Counted from the first letter of the whole stretch, positions 25,184 to 38,204 are shown. The stretch is DNA of 64,000 bases, filler included, from Basidioascus undulatus (GCA_000826855.1; 10 parts of 10 records of this genome joined end to end with filler, not necessarily neighbours in it); one strand, 5' to 3'. Notes: a model not told the origin generated them from the sequence alone. Program-made: numbers and translations.

Positions 25184-25838
25184 ATGTCGGAGTCTTCCGC
25201 CGCCGCCGCCGCACAACCACCACAGCAGGCGGCACCATCGCAGCAGGCCACGCCCGCGGGGTCGCCGGGCGAGACCGAGGGCTCCCCGACGCCCCCGCTC
25301 GACCCGACCGACCCTGCCAACATCAAGGCCATCACGGACGCGGCGCTCAACATGGACAAGTCCAAGATTCCGCGTCCGTACAAGTGCCCGCTGTGTGATC
25401 GCGCCTTTTACCGTCTCGAGCATCAAGTAAGAAGACAAGTCTTCTGGGGCGCAAGGGGCAAAGGGGAAGGCAGGGTCTGAAATAACTTTGACGGATGCTG
25501 ATGCCCGTCTTCTCGTTTCGCAGACCCGTCATATCCGCACGCACACCGGCGAGAAGCCGCATGCGTGTACTTACCCAGGATGCGGCAAGAAGTTCTCAAG
25601 GTGCGTTTCTTGCGATTACTCTTTGCCCAGGGATACGCTGACGCAAGGGAGCATGCTCAGATCCGACGAGCTGACCCGTCACGCGCGGATACACACCAAC
25701 CCGAAGGGCCGCGGCAAAAAGAACCTCGACGTGCGTTGTTTGCTTTTGGAAGGCGACCGCAAATGCTGACGAGTTTTATCACTTGCAGCTCGACGCCGAC
25801 GCGCGCAACGCTGCCACGGCTGCTGCTACCACTACCGC
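25184..25838 (+). CDS. CRE1: Carbon catabolite repressor Cre1/CreA/Mig1 (two C2H2 fingers); 3' partial
   Basis: [56 protein letters not shown] is the diagnostic CreA/Mig1 double finger. Confidence 0.93.
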
Positions 25839-25938
25839 NNNNNNNNNNNNNNNNNNNNNNNNNNNNNNNNNNNNNNNNNNNNTTAATTAATTAANNNNNN
25901 NNNNNNNNNNNNNNNNNNNNNNNNNNNNNNNNNNNNNN
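25839..25938. other. Artificial contig spacer
   Basis: N44-TTAATTAATTAA-N44. Confidence 0.99.
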
Positions 25939-26037
25939 TGCAGAGCATGACTTGACCACATCCAGCCTCACCCTCTTCCTCCCCGTTGCCATATCCCAGT
26001 AGCTGAACACGAAAAAAAAAACAGGCGTAATCCTCCA

Positions 26038-26692
26038 GCACCTCCTCCTGCATGTTCCGCACCCTTCCTTCTCCATCCCGCACGCAATCCTCGCGGCAAC
26101 GACCACAAAGCCGCCGCACGGGGACCCCTCCTTCGCGGCGCTGCTCGCCCGCCCGCCACCTGCGCGAGACGCAACTACCGAGCAGCGGAGGGAGTTTGTA
26201 AAGCCTAATATGGAGGTGCGCTTTTCCGTCTTTCTCTGTGCCGCTGTCCGCGGATTTGGGGAGGAATGAAGACGGGTAACCGATTGAGTGGGAGGGGAGG
26301 AACAGCTTCAGTTCGATGCGGAATATGTGGACGCACACCCAGAAGAAATCGAGAAACTCGTAACCGCCACGCTGTCCACTCGTCGACCTGCACGGACGAT
26401 CGCCAAGCAGCGTTTTGCAGTACGTCCCATATTGCGTTCCTCCCCTCCCCCTCCCAGCATTTCCCTTCACTTCCCTCCTTTCTTTCCACCTCCCTACCCA
26501 ATCCTCTCTCCTCCGCCTGTGCCTCGTATCATCGTGCTCATAAATCCGGGTTTGTGTTTTGTAACAGCTCCGGACATTCGACCACCGCCCCCACCTCCCG
26601 CTCCTCTCCCGCTCGCACCCCACCACCCAGGTCCTAGTAATCCACGGCGCCCTCGACCGCGTCATTTACCCCTCCGAAGCAGCGTACTTTGA
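26038..26692 (+). CDS. 3' part of a spliced hypothetical gene (possibly alpha/beta-hydrolase cap region)
   Basis: Exons ..EQRREFVKPNME|LQFDAEYVDAHPEEIEKLVTATLSTRRPARTIAKQRFA| bounded by GTGCGC..CAG and GTACGT..CAG introns. Family call is weak. Confidence 0.35.
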
Positions 26693-28139
26693 CCGCCTGC
26701 TCCCGCACGCGCAGCGCCTGGAGATGCCGAGCGATCAGTATGGGCATTGGGTGCGTGTCCGTTCATTGGGGAGGGATGGGTTGAGGCGAGAAGCTGATGT
26801 GCGGTGGGATGGGGGATGGGGGATGGGTGACAGTGGTTTGCGTACTTTGGGGTCGAGACGTGGGTACGCAACATTGGGGAGTCTTTGGATCGGGAGGGGG
26901 AGAAGGCGAAGTTGTGAGGCTTGTTGGCACGGGCATGCTCTGGTCGCATAGTGAGGCTTTCTTTCTTTTGGGAGTTTTCTCCCTTCGGGAAGCCGAACTT
27001 GACGTGAACGATTTTGGATGGACCTGGAGGGACCTTGTGTCGGGCAGCTGCGTCGTCTTCCTTTGGGGTGGCTTGTCGAGGGTTGAGCATTTGGGACTTG
27101 GAATGGCGTTCTGCACGGACTTTCTGCATTGGTGGAGTTCGGTGATGAATGCTCTGAGTGTCTTCAGCGAAGGGCGGTGGGGACGGCGCGGACTGTGGAC
27201 TGTGAAAGCGGAAAGGCACTGCAACCTGCTGTCCTCAGCTTCAACTCCCCGGCCATCACGCTGCACGGCTTGTTATCTCAGTCGTTTTTACCTTTGTATA
27301 TATTATGCCTATTCACCCCAATCCCTGAGGCGGAGTTGCGATGCGCTCGCTGTAGTCTACGCAATGTCTTCTCATGCGCCTTGTTCATGCGTGAGTATGA
27401 GAAGAAAAAGCATAATAGATGAGCCCGCACTGCCTCCTTTTGATGTTAAACGACTTCTGATAACTTTTTTTTGCATCGTCGTGGGTGTTTGGAAGGGTTG
27501 AACCAGTGAGGTACACAACGTAGCGCGAACTTCCTCAGCCGCCGGTTGTGTTGGGCAACACTCTCGGTACAATGCTGTGTTTCAATCCTTGTCTTTCAGG
27601 GATGTTCTTTCTCTCAATTTGGATCTCTCACTCTTTCGAGTCTGATCGACCGCGATTCCCCGGGCCTACAGTACCGCACATCCGGGTTCTCGAGACTCGA
27701 AGACGACCGTCGACGTCTTCTTCTCGCTCGGCGCGGCGCAAGCCAGATGACCTCGTACCATCACCATCTTTCACTCCAACACATTCGCACTCTCATCGTT
27801 ACAAGTTTCTCAGATTCGAACGACTTTCGCGCCTCGCTACCCAGGAGATGGACTTTCACGCAGATACTGCGCCTTCCTTTTCGTCTCGGACCGCGGCCGG
27901 GCTCGAGCTCTCGCACGTCTCAAACGGTTAACATCTGACTTCTCGCTTGGACTCTCATTTTCGCACTTTCGATCATCCATCTCGATCAGTCTTGTCCCAA
28001 TCTTCTAATCTCATGCCGTCCGTGATGACTGAAACACGCGAGAAGTTCGACCAACATGCCCTCGCGCTGTCACCGCTCTCCCTCTCACCACTCACCCCTA
28101 CCCGCTCACGAGATTCACATACCACACAAATAACCCACG

Positions 28140-28845
28140 ATGTCGACGCCTGAGCACCCTCCCTGCCACGGCAGGATTCTCACCTTCCCGTTCCGTGCGA
28201 CCAGCGCGGTTGCCACCCTCCCTTTCCGCGCAACGCTTGCGGCCGCAAACGCTTCGGCGCCAGTCGCGAGTTGGGTGCTGGAGCCTGTCGCCTCGTGAGT
28301 CCTCTTCTTGCGCTCTTACACCCTTCGTATGGCGCACTCACGTCGTTCGGTACCCCACACAGGTCCACGCTCCGCCTCTGTCCCCAAGCAGACCGGGCTC
28401 GTCGCGTAAGCGACGGCGTCCAGCACCGTGACCGTCCTGGAACAGTGGGAGGGTGTGTCCGAGCCTCTCTTCTTTCCCTGCCCTGTGCACTGGGTAAAGA
28501 TGTTGCGGGACGCTCTGCAGACCTCGCCGGCCTCGAGACGCGCTTCAGACGCGTATCTCGACTATCGCAGCTGGCTGGGTCCTCACGCGCTGCGTGGGCG
28601 GATTCTGGAGGGACTTCTGGTGCGTCTTTCGTCCACCCGTCCTCCACCTCCTTCGGTCGACGCCCGCTGGACTTGACATGCTGAATCTCCTTCTTTACAG
28701 GGCGCCCCCGCCACATCGACCCTCCACCCCGCGGGCGAGCGTTCGTTGCGGCGGCGTGCTGCCGGTTGAGGAGGTGCGCCTTCATCTTCATCCACACCTC
28801 TCCTTCCCCCCCATCTTCCTCCCCGTCCACCAAACTCCCCTGACA
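28140..28845 (+). CDS. Possible small spliced hypothetical gene or relic immediately upstream of the hairpin array
   Basis: ATG 28140 and three intron-like segments (GTGAGT..CAG, GTGTGT..CAG, GTGCGT..CAG); no recognisable domain; frame not resolved. Confidence 0.25.
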
Positions 28846-29018
28846 CTGTCCTCCACCTCCCCGCCATCCAGGACCCCCACTCCCCGACCCGCCGGCCCAA
28901 CTCAGCACGCGCCGCACTCCTGCCCCCTCCGCCCCGGCCTCACCCGTGGCGAGCCGCTCCCGCTGAACCCGCCCGCGCGTCGGCCGCTCCGGCCGCCGAT
29001 AGGCCTCGGGGGTTCCTT

Positions 29019-29748
29019 TGCGCTCCTGCGCATCTCCGTCTTTGTGCTCCGGCACACTTCCTCACCGCGCTGCAGCGCGTTGAGCCTCTCTTGTGCTTCG
29101 GCACATCCTCTTCTTACGTTCCGACGAATCATGCTGCCGCCTGATCACCGGCAGTCCACCACCTTCGCGTCCCGACGCATCTCGTCCTTGTGCTCCGGCA
29201 CATCTAGCCCTTGCATCCCGGCGCATTAGCTCTTCGACCTCCCTCGATCAGCTCACCCTTTGCGCCCCGGCGCATGTCGTCCTCGTGCTCCGGCACGCTT
29301 CTGTCTTCGCGCTCCGGCGCATCAGCTCGTCGTATCTTGCGTTCGGACGCATCTCCTCGTCGTATTCCGACACGACTCCTTTGAGCTCCGGCACATCGGC
29401 TCCCAAGCCACCCACCTTGCGCTCCGGCGCATTCGCTCTTTGCGCTCCGGCGCATCCCTAATCGGATTCATCCTGCCGGGGTTTCTTCGCGTTCCGGAGC
29501 GTCGTATGTCGTAACTTTGCGCTCCGGCGCATTCTCTCTCTTTCACTCCGGTGCATCGTCCTCTTGGGCTCCGCCGCATTGTCTTCTTGCGCTCCGGCGC
29601 CATGTCCTCTCTTGTGTCCCGGAACATCTTCTGACCTTGCGTTCCGGCCTACCCGCTGTCATCGCGCTCCGGCGCGTTCTCGATCTTTCGTCCCGAGGCA
29701 TCGCTCGTTCTTGTCCTCCGGAGCATTCAGACTTTTCCTCCCGAGGCA
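29019..29748. repeat. Array of ~28 short palindromic units, consensus TGCGC-TCCG-GCGCA, period mostly 23-25 bp, with pyrimidine-rich linkers
   Basis: Units read directly at 29019, 29043, 29066, 29092, 29115, 29166, 29189, 29212, 29261, 29284, 29308, 29338, 29361, 29382, 29418, 29441, 29488, 29518, 29542, 29565, 29588, 29613, 29638, 29663, 29687, 29712, 29735. Confidence 0.9.
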
Positions 29749-30156
29749 TTCGCCCCCTTGTCTACTAACGTTCCTTCTTTCGCAGAGAGCCGAACCGGTC
29801 TTTCCTCTCTCACTGGGGCGTTTTCACTCTTCCGTCATGCACGACAACGTCCGCTCACTTCTGCACGCCGACTCCGGCTTCTCCCCACAGGTCTTCCGGC
29901 CCGGCGACGCGACGACGCGACGCCTCTCACGTACGTCGCTTCTCCTTCGGCGGACAATACGCTCTTAGCCTCGGAACTGACCTTACTCCTTCATCCGCAG
30001 CCTCCATGCTCGGTGCGCGGTCTGCCTCCTTTCTTCCAACTCTGTACTGACAGCGCTTCTAACTCCGCAGGCACACGCGATTTACCTCTACCTCTACTTC
30101 GCACGCGGACACGGGCATGCTCTACTCCTCCTTCCTCCCCACGCTCCTCCCCCTCC

Positions 30157-30256
30157 NNNNNNNNNNNNNNNNNNNNNNNNNNNNNNNNNNNNNNNNNNNN
30201 TTAATTAATTAANNNNNNNNNNNNNNNNNNNNNNNNNNNNNNNNNNNNNNNNNNNN
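30157..30256. other. Artificial contig spacer
   Basis: N44-TTAATTAATTAA-N44. Confidence 0.99.
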
Positions 30257-30282
30257 GAAAGTTGCCTGATCTTATCAGCTAG

Positions 30283-31312
30283 GTGGGGGCCCTTGGGGCC
30301 TTGACTCGCCTTCCCACGCACGTCTCCGCCTCACGCAACTCCGACTCGTACCAGCGCGTCGCCTCCTTCTCCCCCTCCCCCAACTCCCCACTCCTCGCAG
30401 CCGCAGCCGAACAAACCCTCCGCATCATCGCGCCCCCGTCCCTCGCCGCGCGCACAGAACTCGCGGGGGAGGCGGAGATCCTCGACGTATCTTGGGACGC
30501 GGCAGGAGAACGCTTGGCTGTGACGACCGAGAAGGAGGTGTCAGTCTTCTCGCTCGTCCCGGACGAGAAGACAGAGGGCTCGGACTCGGACTTGGACAAG
30601 TACACCCTCAACCTCCTCCAAACGCTCTCCAACCCGCTCCTCGCAAAGGAAAAATCCGCGACATTCCGCTTCGCGCGTTTCTCCCGCCCATCCCCCTCCC
30701 CCGTCGCCCCGGAGCGCCTCTATACGATCGTCAACGCCGGCCCGCCCTTGCGGCGGGGCGCCCCGCGCCGGGGCCTGCTTACGGCGTGGGACACCGACAA
30801 ATGGGCGCCCGTCCGCACGCGCGCACTCGCGGACAGGCCGGTTACCGCGTTTGATGTGAGCGCTGATGGGGGGTTGATTGCTTTCGCCAGCGCGGATTTG
30901 AGCGTCGGGGTTGTGAGCGCTTGGAGTCTGGCGGTGCGTTGCACTTCTTTTCTTCGGGATCCTTTTGGGTTTCTGTTGTACGTTGAATGGGACTGATACA
31001 CTGTGGGGGATTGCAGCCCCTAATCCGCATCCTCTCCGCCCACTCCTTCCCCGTCACCACCCTCGCCTTCAACCCCTCCGCCTCCCTCCTCGCCTCCGCA
31101 AGCCCCGACAACTCCATGCGCATCGTCGAAGTACCCGAGGGCCTCGCGGGCGCACGTACGCCCCTTTCCGCGCATAGTTCTGGGCTGCTGGCTGACCAGA
31201 AACGCGTGCAGACGACGGCAACCGCGCCGCAGCGTTCTCGACCGCCCTGCTCCTCGCGCTCCTTGCGCTCCTGCTCGCCATCGCGTACCAGATGTACGTC
31301 GCGCGGTCGTAG
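30283..31312 (+). CDS. SEC12: Sec12/PREB-like WD40 Sar1 GEF with C-terminal transmembrane anchor; 5' partial
   Basis: YQRVASFS, FRFARF, VTAFDVSADGGLIAFASADLSVGV, AHSFPVTTLAFNPSASLLASASPDNSMRIV, then TM tail ALLLALLALLLAIAYQM; TAG at 31310-31312. Confidence 0.8.
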
Positions 31313-31890
31313 GGCGTCTAGACGAAGCAGGGGCGAAGGTGGTTTCTGTCTTTTTTCCTTGCTTGCGACTTTGGGTGGTATGTGTTGAGATTCATGAAGC
31401 ATCGTGCACGCGCCATGACGAGCTCGGAGAGCGTGCTCGAGCGCCTTCAGCCGCTCCTTGAGCGGCACTTTTTTACGAGGCTCGCGCAGCCAGCCAATTA
31501 CTTATGCTGCACTTGCCCAGCCTGCAGTTACTCACGCTGCAGTCTTGATTGTTCTCTTCCATCGGGGAATCACCAGATAAATGGTGTTGGGCGTGATCGC
31601 CGGAAGGAAGACGGGGCACTCGTGCAGCAACTTTCGAGTTGCACATGCAAGCCCAGCCCGCAGTTCGTCTTCGGACACAGCTGCGGGTGAGTTAAGGGGA
31701 TACCAGTACAGCATTCCTGGATCTTTTGATCAGTATTTTTTCCCGTACTTAAGAGGATTTTCGGTGGTAGAGAGAAAACAGAAAGAGAGGCACAGGCCCC
31801 CGACGGGCCGTGGCCGTGATAGACCATCAATGGTACTTCGAGTTCGCTCTTCCTCCATCCTTCACTCCCCGCCCGCTCCACCCTCTCACC

Positions 31891-32960
31891 ATGTCGCGCA
31901 CGCCCATTCCTCTTGATATCCTTCACCACATTGTCGAATCCCTTGCGGACCCGCACCATCCGCTCGCTTATGGTCACGACGCGGCACCCGCTCTCCCTGC
32001 GCTCTGCCTCGTCAATCGCGACCTCTACTCCGTCGCACTTCCCATGCTCTACTCCTAGATCGAAATCACCGAACTGGACTCAAGCTTTTACATCGAACTC
32101 TCTGCCGGGAGCCCGGCTTCGAAGGACGGGGCGTACAGGAGATTCGATCGCTCTTGGTTGATGTCCACCTGGAGGATGATGAGGACGAGGACGAGGAATC
32201 TGACGATGATTTCGACGGCGACGAAGAAATAGACGAAGATTCAGACAATAGCTGACCTCCGCCTGAGGCCGACGACCTCGCACCCATCTTGCACAACATA
32301 CTGCCTGCAGTCGGTCCGACCCTGCAGCGACTCTCTCAACCTCGTGGACTCGAGGTTCTTTCATTATCTACAGCAAGTACAGATTCCAATCGCGTCCTTT
32401 GCGTCCCATTTGGAGGAACTCGCCCTGGTAGGAGGGTCGTTCAGCCCTTTCTACGATGTGGACCTCCCTCCGTCGATCGCCCGGCTCTGCCTATCTTGGC
32501 ATTACAGCGGCCTGGAGGACCTCTCTGAATGCCGCCGGATCCCAACCTCAACCACCTCGTATACGTCTCCAATCTCTTCCCCTTCGTTTTTTTTCGACAA
32601 CGGCGAGGTCGACGAGGGCTTTCTCTCTTTGTCGATTTCGTTCGGGCGTTCCGACCCTCCAGCGCGTGTGCTTTGTAGTCTGGAGTGAAGGCTTCCAGCC
32701 TGTGCCGGAACGCAAGCTTCCCCGAGTTGGGGAGCTCATCCTTCAAGAGGACGATTCGAAGACGGAGTGGGTCGTGCCGTTGGAGAAGAAGCCTTGGTTC
32801 ACGCACACGCTAGAAGGCTGGATCATGGTTGGGCGGAAAGCGAAGCTGTGGGAGTTCCAAGGGCGTGCGCTGAAGTCAAACTTTGCATGTCTTGCATTGA
32901 GGCTCGACTATGAGATGCATGACCGCTGGCAGCAGAGCTCGGATTGGTGGATGCGGGCTC
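31891..32960 (+). pseudogene. Decayed F-box-like protein gene
   Basis: MSRTPIPLDILHHIVESL...LPALCLVNRDLYSVALPMLYS* resembles a fungal F-box-like N-terminus with a premature TAG (32056-32058); downstream coding-like fragments switch frame. Confidence 0.55.
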
Positions 32961-35306
32961 GTGTGCGCTTGTGTGCGCCGCTACTTGCCCATTTGATGGC
33001 TGTTCAGAGGCGCTGCTCTTACAAAGGAGGGCTCCATCGGTTTTTTGGAGGTGCATCAGCTACATTTGGACGAGCCAGAACAAAACAGGGATGGGGAAGA
33101 GATCACGATGGGTGAGATCCTGCACGAGCTCGGTGTAAGCGTGAAGCGCTGAAGCCGGCTTGGCGCAGATGCGCCGGGACTGAAGAGTGCTGGCTTTGCC
33201 CATGAAGGGTCCAAACACCAAACCACTGAGTAACTTTTCTGAGGTATTCAAGGCAAGAGGCTGGGGACACACAATGGAGACCGCCAGTTCTGTGCGTTGT
33301 TGCTTTCCCCGCTGCGAACCGTCAAGCAAGGCCGCTAGAACAGATCTCACGATGGCAGCACAAATTCACCCAAAACGGTTGCATGATGAATCCGGTACAC
33401 GCAGGTCACAATCGGAAAAATGGCAAAGCAAAAAACAGTCCGCCGGTCATGACTGAGCCTCATCCTCTCGCAAAGTCTGCTCTCTATTTTCCCGCCTCCT
33501 TTCCCGCCTCCTTTGCTCCCTAGCTTCAGCATGGGAAGGGGGCCTGTCTGGCTCCAATTCAGCTGATTGCCTGCTGAGGGATACTGGGATTATAAATTGT
33601 CCTCTCATTGTCCGCGCCAAACTACCGAGTTTGGTAGAGGAGGTCAGCATCAAAAGGGGGGTGGTCAGCAAGGGTAGTCTGACCTTCATATTTGAAGATG
33701 TATTTTGAAAGATGTAGTCGTCCTAGGGGCCGGCACTGAAGTCCTATCATCAGGATGCGTGGGCAAACGGGTTGCTCCATCCAAATGCCTGCTGGCGGTT
33801 GCGGCCCGGGACAGGCTTGTTGGCTCTGCACTCATGACGCGACTGCTGGAGGCTTGGACGCGAGAACTAGCAGTGATTCTTCGAGTTGGGCCAGAATCTG
33901 GGTGTAAAATGAAGCGATGAACTTTATGAGCTGCAGAGTACCGACCGATTCGTCCCGCCCCAAATCCACAAACCAAAGTAGACTGTGCGGCTCAAATCAG
34001 TGCCTCTTCACAAGGATGTCAAGAACAATAATTACCGAGTCCGCTTCCTAAGCTACTTTGTTTCAATAGAGGTAACCATAAACATCGCATTCCCACACAA
34101 CACAACCACTTACGACCTGCCCCAGCTGTGACTGTCATGCGGCGCGGAGAGTGCGGAGGCGCCGCCCGAAGCTCGTAGTTTGCATTCCGAACATATTTAG
34201 AATGACATTGAAGAACAGAACAAAGCGATTTCAGGGCGTTAATTGGTTCCATGAGGTCTGCATTATTGGCATGCACTGCGGCCTGTACGACCGTACTTGC
34301 TCGTCAGTGACCAGCATGTAAAGCCCCCGCCCTTAACGACATACCAATCTGTCGAAGTTACGTTGCATGCCCCAGTACAACTCAGGCTCCGCCTTCGCCC
34401 TTCAGTCTCGTCGATCGCGTGGGCGGTCCCGCCGCCGAGGGGCATCACAGAAACGAGAAACAGCTGCACGTCTTCCATCGCCCTGATTTCGAGAGTAACT
34501 GATATCTCTTGGTTTTAAGAAACATTAAGGTTAATACTCACCGGTCGAGTTTGGCTCCCCTCATGTTGAACTTCAGAGTCCTTGTCTTGCGACGTTCCGA
34601 GGGAGAACACGTCGGTAGTAGGCCAGCCGTCGTTTGTACCGTTCAGATACTGCCTGCAGAACGTGCGTTATTGTCAGCGCAGGCTCTTTGGTGTTCATTT
34701 GTTTAACCACCGAGAATAGTTCTCGGACCTACCACTACGGCACGGCATCGCATTATCAGCTCGTTCTCGGTGCTGTTATTGTTTGGATAGGTGAAATGAG
34801 TTGTTCACTAAATTAAGGAATGCGGACCCCTGTTCCCCTCTTAAGTTATATGTTACACAAAGAAGGATCAATGACTGCCTGAACACAAATGAGGACGTAT
34901 CACTGCCGGAACGCTGAAGTCCCAGCAGCGGGAGCGGGACAGGAGCACCGCATGATACCGGCGTCCTCACTTGTTTACATGCCACAAAGTCTTTGAGGCA
35001 CGTGGACACCAAGGACAAAAGTCATCAAAAGGGAGACCTGCTGCTCCCCAAAGCTCGCCTACCTCATTTGCGTGTTACGGCACCCCAATATTTGCAAGTT
35101 CATAGGTAAGACATCAGTTCTGCGGCACCCAACGGATGCTGATAATGTTTTAACAGGGTGGTATGCCTCAAGGAACTCTGCTGTGAGCCATGTAGTCCTC
35201 CCATAATGTTTGATATTAATCAGCGTCAAAGCTGCAGACCAATGTTCAATATCAATGATACGGTACTCCTTCCCCCTTCTTCCGACGTTCCGCTTTGCTA
35301 ACATAG

Positions 35307-36240
35307 GTTGTGCGTTCTAACTTTGGAGTTAATACGGTGCGAAACTTCTTGCATCTTGCAATGTAATTCTGAGAAACTTATGAGGACACGCAGCTGGACT
35401 CTGGCGAGCGTACGCGATGACCTGCATCGACCGTGGCAACCACTGTCAGATTTCAATCTTCGTCTATAGTATGCTTAAAAACGCTGTAAATGTCTCAAGC
35501 GCAAAATGCTGACACAAACTATAGCTTGTACCAGTTGCTAAGAGCTCGGGGGTATCTTTGGGGAAAACGGATCGTCCACCGGTGAGTCGGACGCACGAAA
35601 AATGCTTGCAGTTCTCGCGATGTTCCTCTCGAGGACAAAGGGATATCAAGCGGTCCAACATCTTGGTAGACCCCACGCTGCGCTCTGCACAACTCAGTAC
35701 TTGTTGTACCGGAAGCTCATATTGGGAGAGCGCGAAGACCGGAGTCGTGAAACTTTGCGACTTCGGCTCCTCAAAACGGTGCGCAGCACAGCCAGCCAAT
35801 CTTCTACATATATTTGAGGCCTCATAATCATTTCTGGAAAGAATCGATAACCTCTCGGAGATAGAGTTCGAGCCAAGCTTGTCTTAAAATCGGGAGTCGC
35901 CATTATCGTGCTCCTGAGCTGGTGAGTCTCCTCAGTTAGCGCAGAAGAACAACTTATGAAATGACCTAATCTTCAAGTTACTCCACTCGACGGACTATCA
36001 ACATTACGTTGGTACGGCACAACTGCGAGATTCAGCTCCTCTATGCCCGAGAACCCATTCTTTTCATGCTCATCATCTTAAAATGGCAGATGTGTGGGCG
36101 GCGGCCTGCGTGATCGCAGAGCTCGTTCTTGACGAACCACTGTTTCAGGGCATTGACGCGTGCGGTCAGCTCTTACACATCATGACCATCAGGGGCACCC
36201 CCACAGTGGGGAGCTGTCGGAAATTAACCCCCGTTTGGAC
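35307..36240 (+). pseudogene. Degenerate GSK3-like (CMGC) protein kinase
   Basis: Ordered fragments LYQLLRA, RDIKRSNILVDP, TGVVKLCDFGSSK, DVWAAACVIAELVLDEPLFQG, QLLHIMTIRGTP follow GSK3 subdomains VI-X. The APE region is broken and the catalytic-loop Pro is replaced by Arg. Confidence 0.7.
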
Positions 36241-38204
36241 CTGGAAGGCGCTGTGAGTGTGATCGACTTTAAATCACTAGCAGCCGGCAACTGAGGGTGT
36301 TCCTTTTGCAACAACTACATGATTCGACTACCTGACTTGGAGATGGTGGGAGTTCTGCTTCTTCAGCGAGCTCATACCATCCAACTAACATTCCTTCACT
36401 CGTTGCTCAATGCTGCCGCAGGTTCCCCTGGACAAGGCGGGTCCCTTACCTATTTGACTTGTATCAAATTTCCCCGTCCCACCGTTCATGGATTAACCCC
36501 ATGGGAACCCTGTAGGTTTTCCAAGGGAACATACCGCCCGATTTGTTGGATCTGCTGGGACGGCTACAGTACGACGGCCAGGAAACGAGAGCTCCGGCAC
36601 ATCTCCAGCTCGCACATGTCTACTTCGACGAGCTCGCAAGGCTGGACAACAGCAAATCTCTGCCTCCATTGTTCGACTTCCTTCCCCTGGGTAGGGAATT
36701 TCTTCGACTTCCTGAACTTGACAAACTGACAAGAAGTGTTGTCGGCTGCCAGAGGTCACTAGCTTGAAAGCCCTTATGCCGGTCCTCTCTCGATACGCTC
36801 CCCCGTAACCACCGCCTCTCGAGTCGCCGGCATGGCTTAGCGAAGGTGAACGGAGAGTTCCGCCTCCGACTGTAGGCACACTCAGCAGGCGCTCCTCGAT
36901 CAATAGCTGGTTCCTGCGATAAGGGAGTCCTAAATCGCAGCGGGCGACATGCAGAGCGAACGGGAGGAGGAGCTTGGCGAACGCCCTCTGGCCAACGAGA
37001 CGGTCGAAGGAGGGTCCGCATCGGAAGGCGACGTAGGCGCTCTCGCCGTGGAGGGCTACGTCGAAGCTCCCACGAGAGAGGGCGACGTTGGCGTTTCTAA
37101 GAGGAGAGTGACTAAGCGTCCCCCCCGAGTATGGAGACGCAGGCGTTCCCCCGGTTGAGATTGACTCAGGGGCCTCTGCTGGAGCGGAGGCCAAGGAAGT
37201 CGTTCCCTCGGCGGAGGTCGACGTCGGCGTCGCCGCGGCCAAGGCCGCAGGCGTTTGAGCAGAAGAACCGAGCGAGACGATTGGGCTGGATGTAGACGAA
37301 GGGGTTCAGACGGAGACTGTCGAGGCAAGCGCTCCGGAGGAGGAAATGAAGGCTGCTCCGCGCGAAGTGAGACGATTTCGGAAGCGGTTCAGAAGGTTGC
37401 GGCGCATTTTCTCCCGCTCGTGATTTGAGAATTCTTTCTCGGTTCCCAGACGGCCACCGCTAGGAGGACGCGGTTTGTGTAGCTATTGGACCTGTCTCTT
37501 GCATTGCATTGCACAGCTTCTTCGGAAAGTTGTAGCCAGTACTTCATCCGTTGATGGCCGATTTCCACCTTTGGCCGTGACGGCTGAACTAAGGAATGTC
37601 CTACCCTACTTCGAGAAGTGCGAGTCTCACAGCGGCCTCGAAAACGGAGGCTCAATGGGCGTGCAGCAGCCGAGCAATTACAATAGCAGCCAGCCGAGTA
37701 GTGATCCGTCCGTGTCATGCATTGATCTTTGCATGGGGTATACAGGGACTGTTTTACGTTCTTAACTTGTCTGTCTTCTCAACTATTACTTACCTCTGGG
37801 CTCCAGGTGCTGTGCGGTGACGAATGTTCGTCGCGTCCGTACCATAACTTCTAACCATGTAACAGAAGATCCCGTTGTACAAAACCTCCGCCGGCATACC
37901 CAAGTCGGGCACAACATTAAGGATACTTCCATTTAGTACAGCCTCAATCATGATTCTAATCCTAATAGCTATCCAAGAAGTGCAATCCGCTCCGCCAGCT
38001 TGTCCTGTCTCGCCGCTGCGCGCAGAGTTAGTAAACATCGGAACGGTCAGCTGAAAGAAGTATCACCTCTTTGAAGACCCGATTGAAGTATCTGGGCTGT
38101 AGAGTGTCAGCGTTTACCATGGCGTCAAGCGAGCACGCGTGGAAAAAACACGCACACCGCTTACCCTTGGAAACCGACCAATTACACTTCCGCACCTTGG
38201 CTCA

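Noticed and set aside
27549..27560. TGTTG-GG-CAACA as an LTR junction
   Set aside because: No second LTR copy, primer-binding site, polypurine tract or gag/pol sequence is recognisable in the contig.
29019..29748. CRISPR array (palindromic repeats with variable spacers)
   Set aside because: Repeats are only 14 nt and degenerate, linkers are mostly 9-11 nt and resemble each other, no cas genes are present, and the context is eukaryotic.
36493..37330. 249-aa minus-strand ORF and overlapping plus-strand fragments
   Set aside because: No motif recognised and frames conflict; probably another relic, but it cannot be supported.
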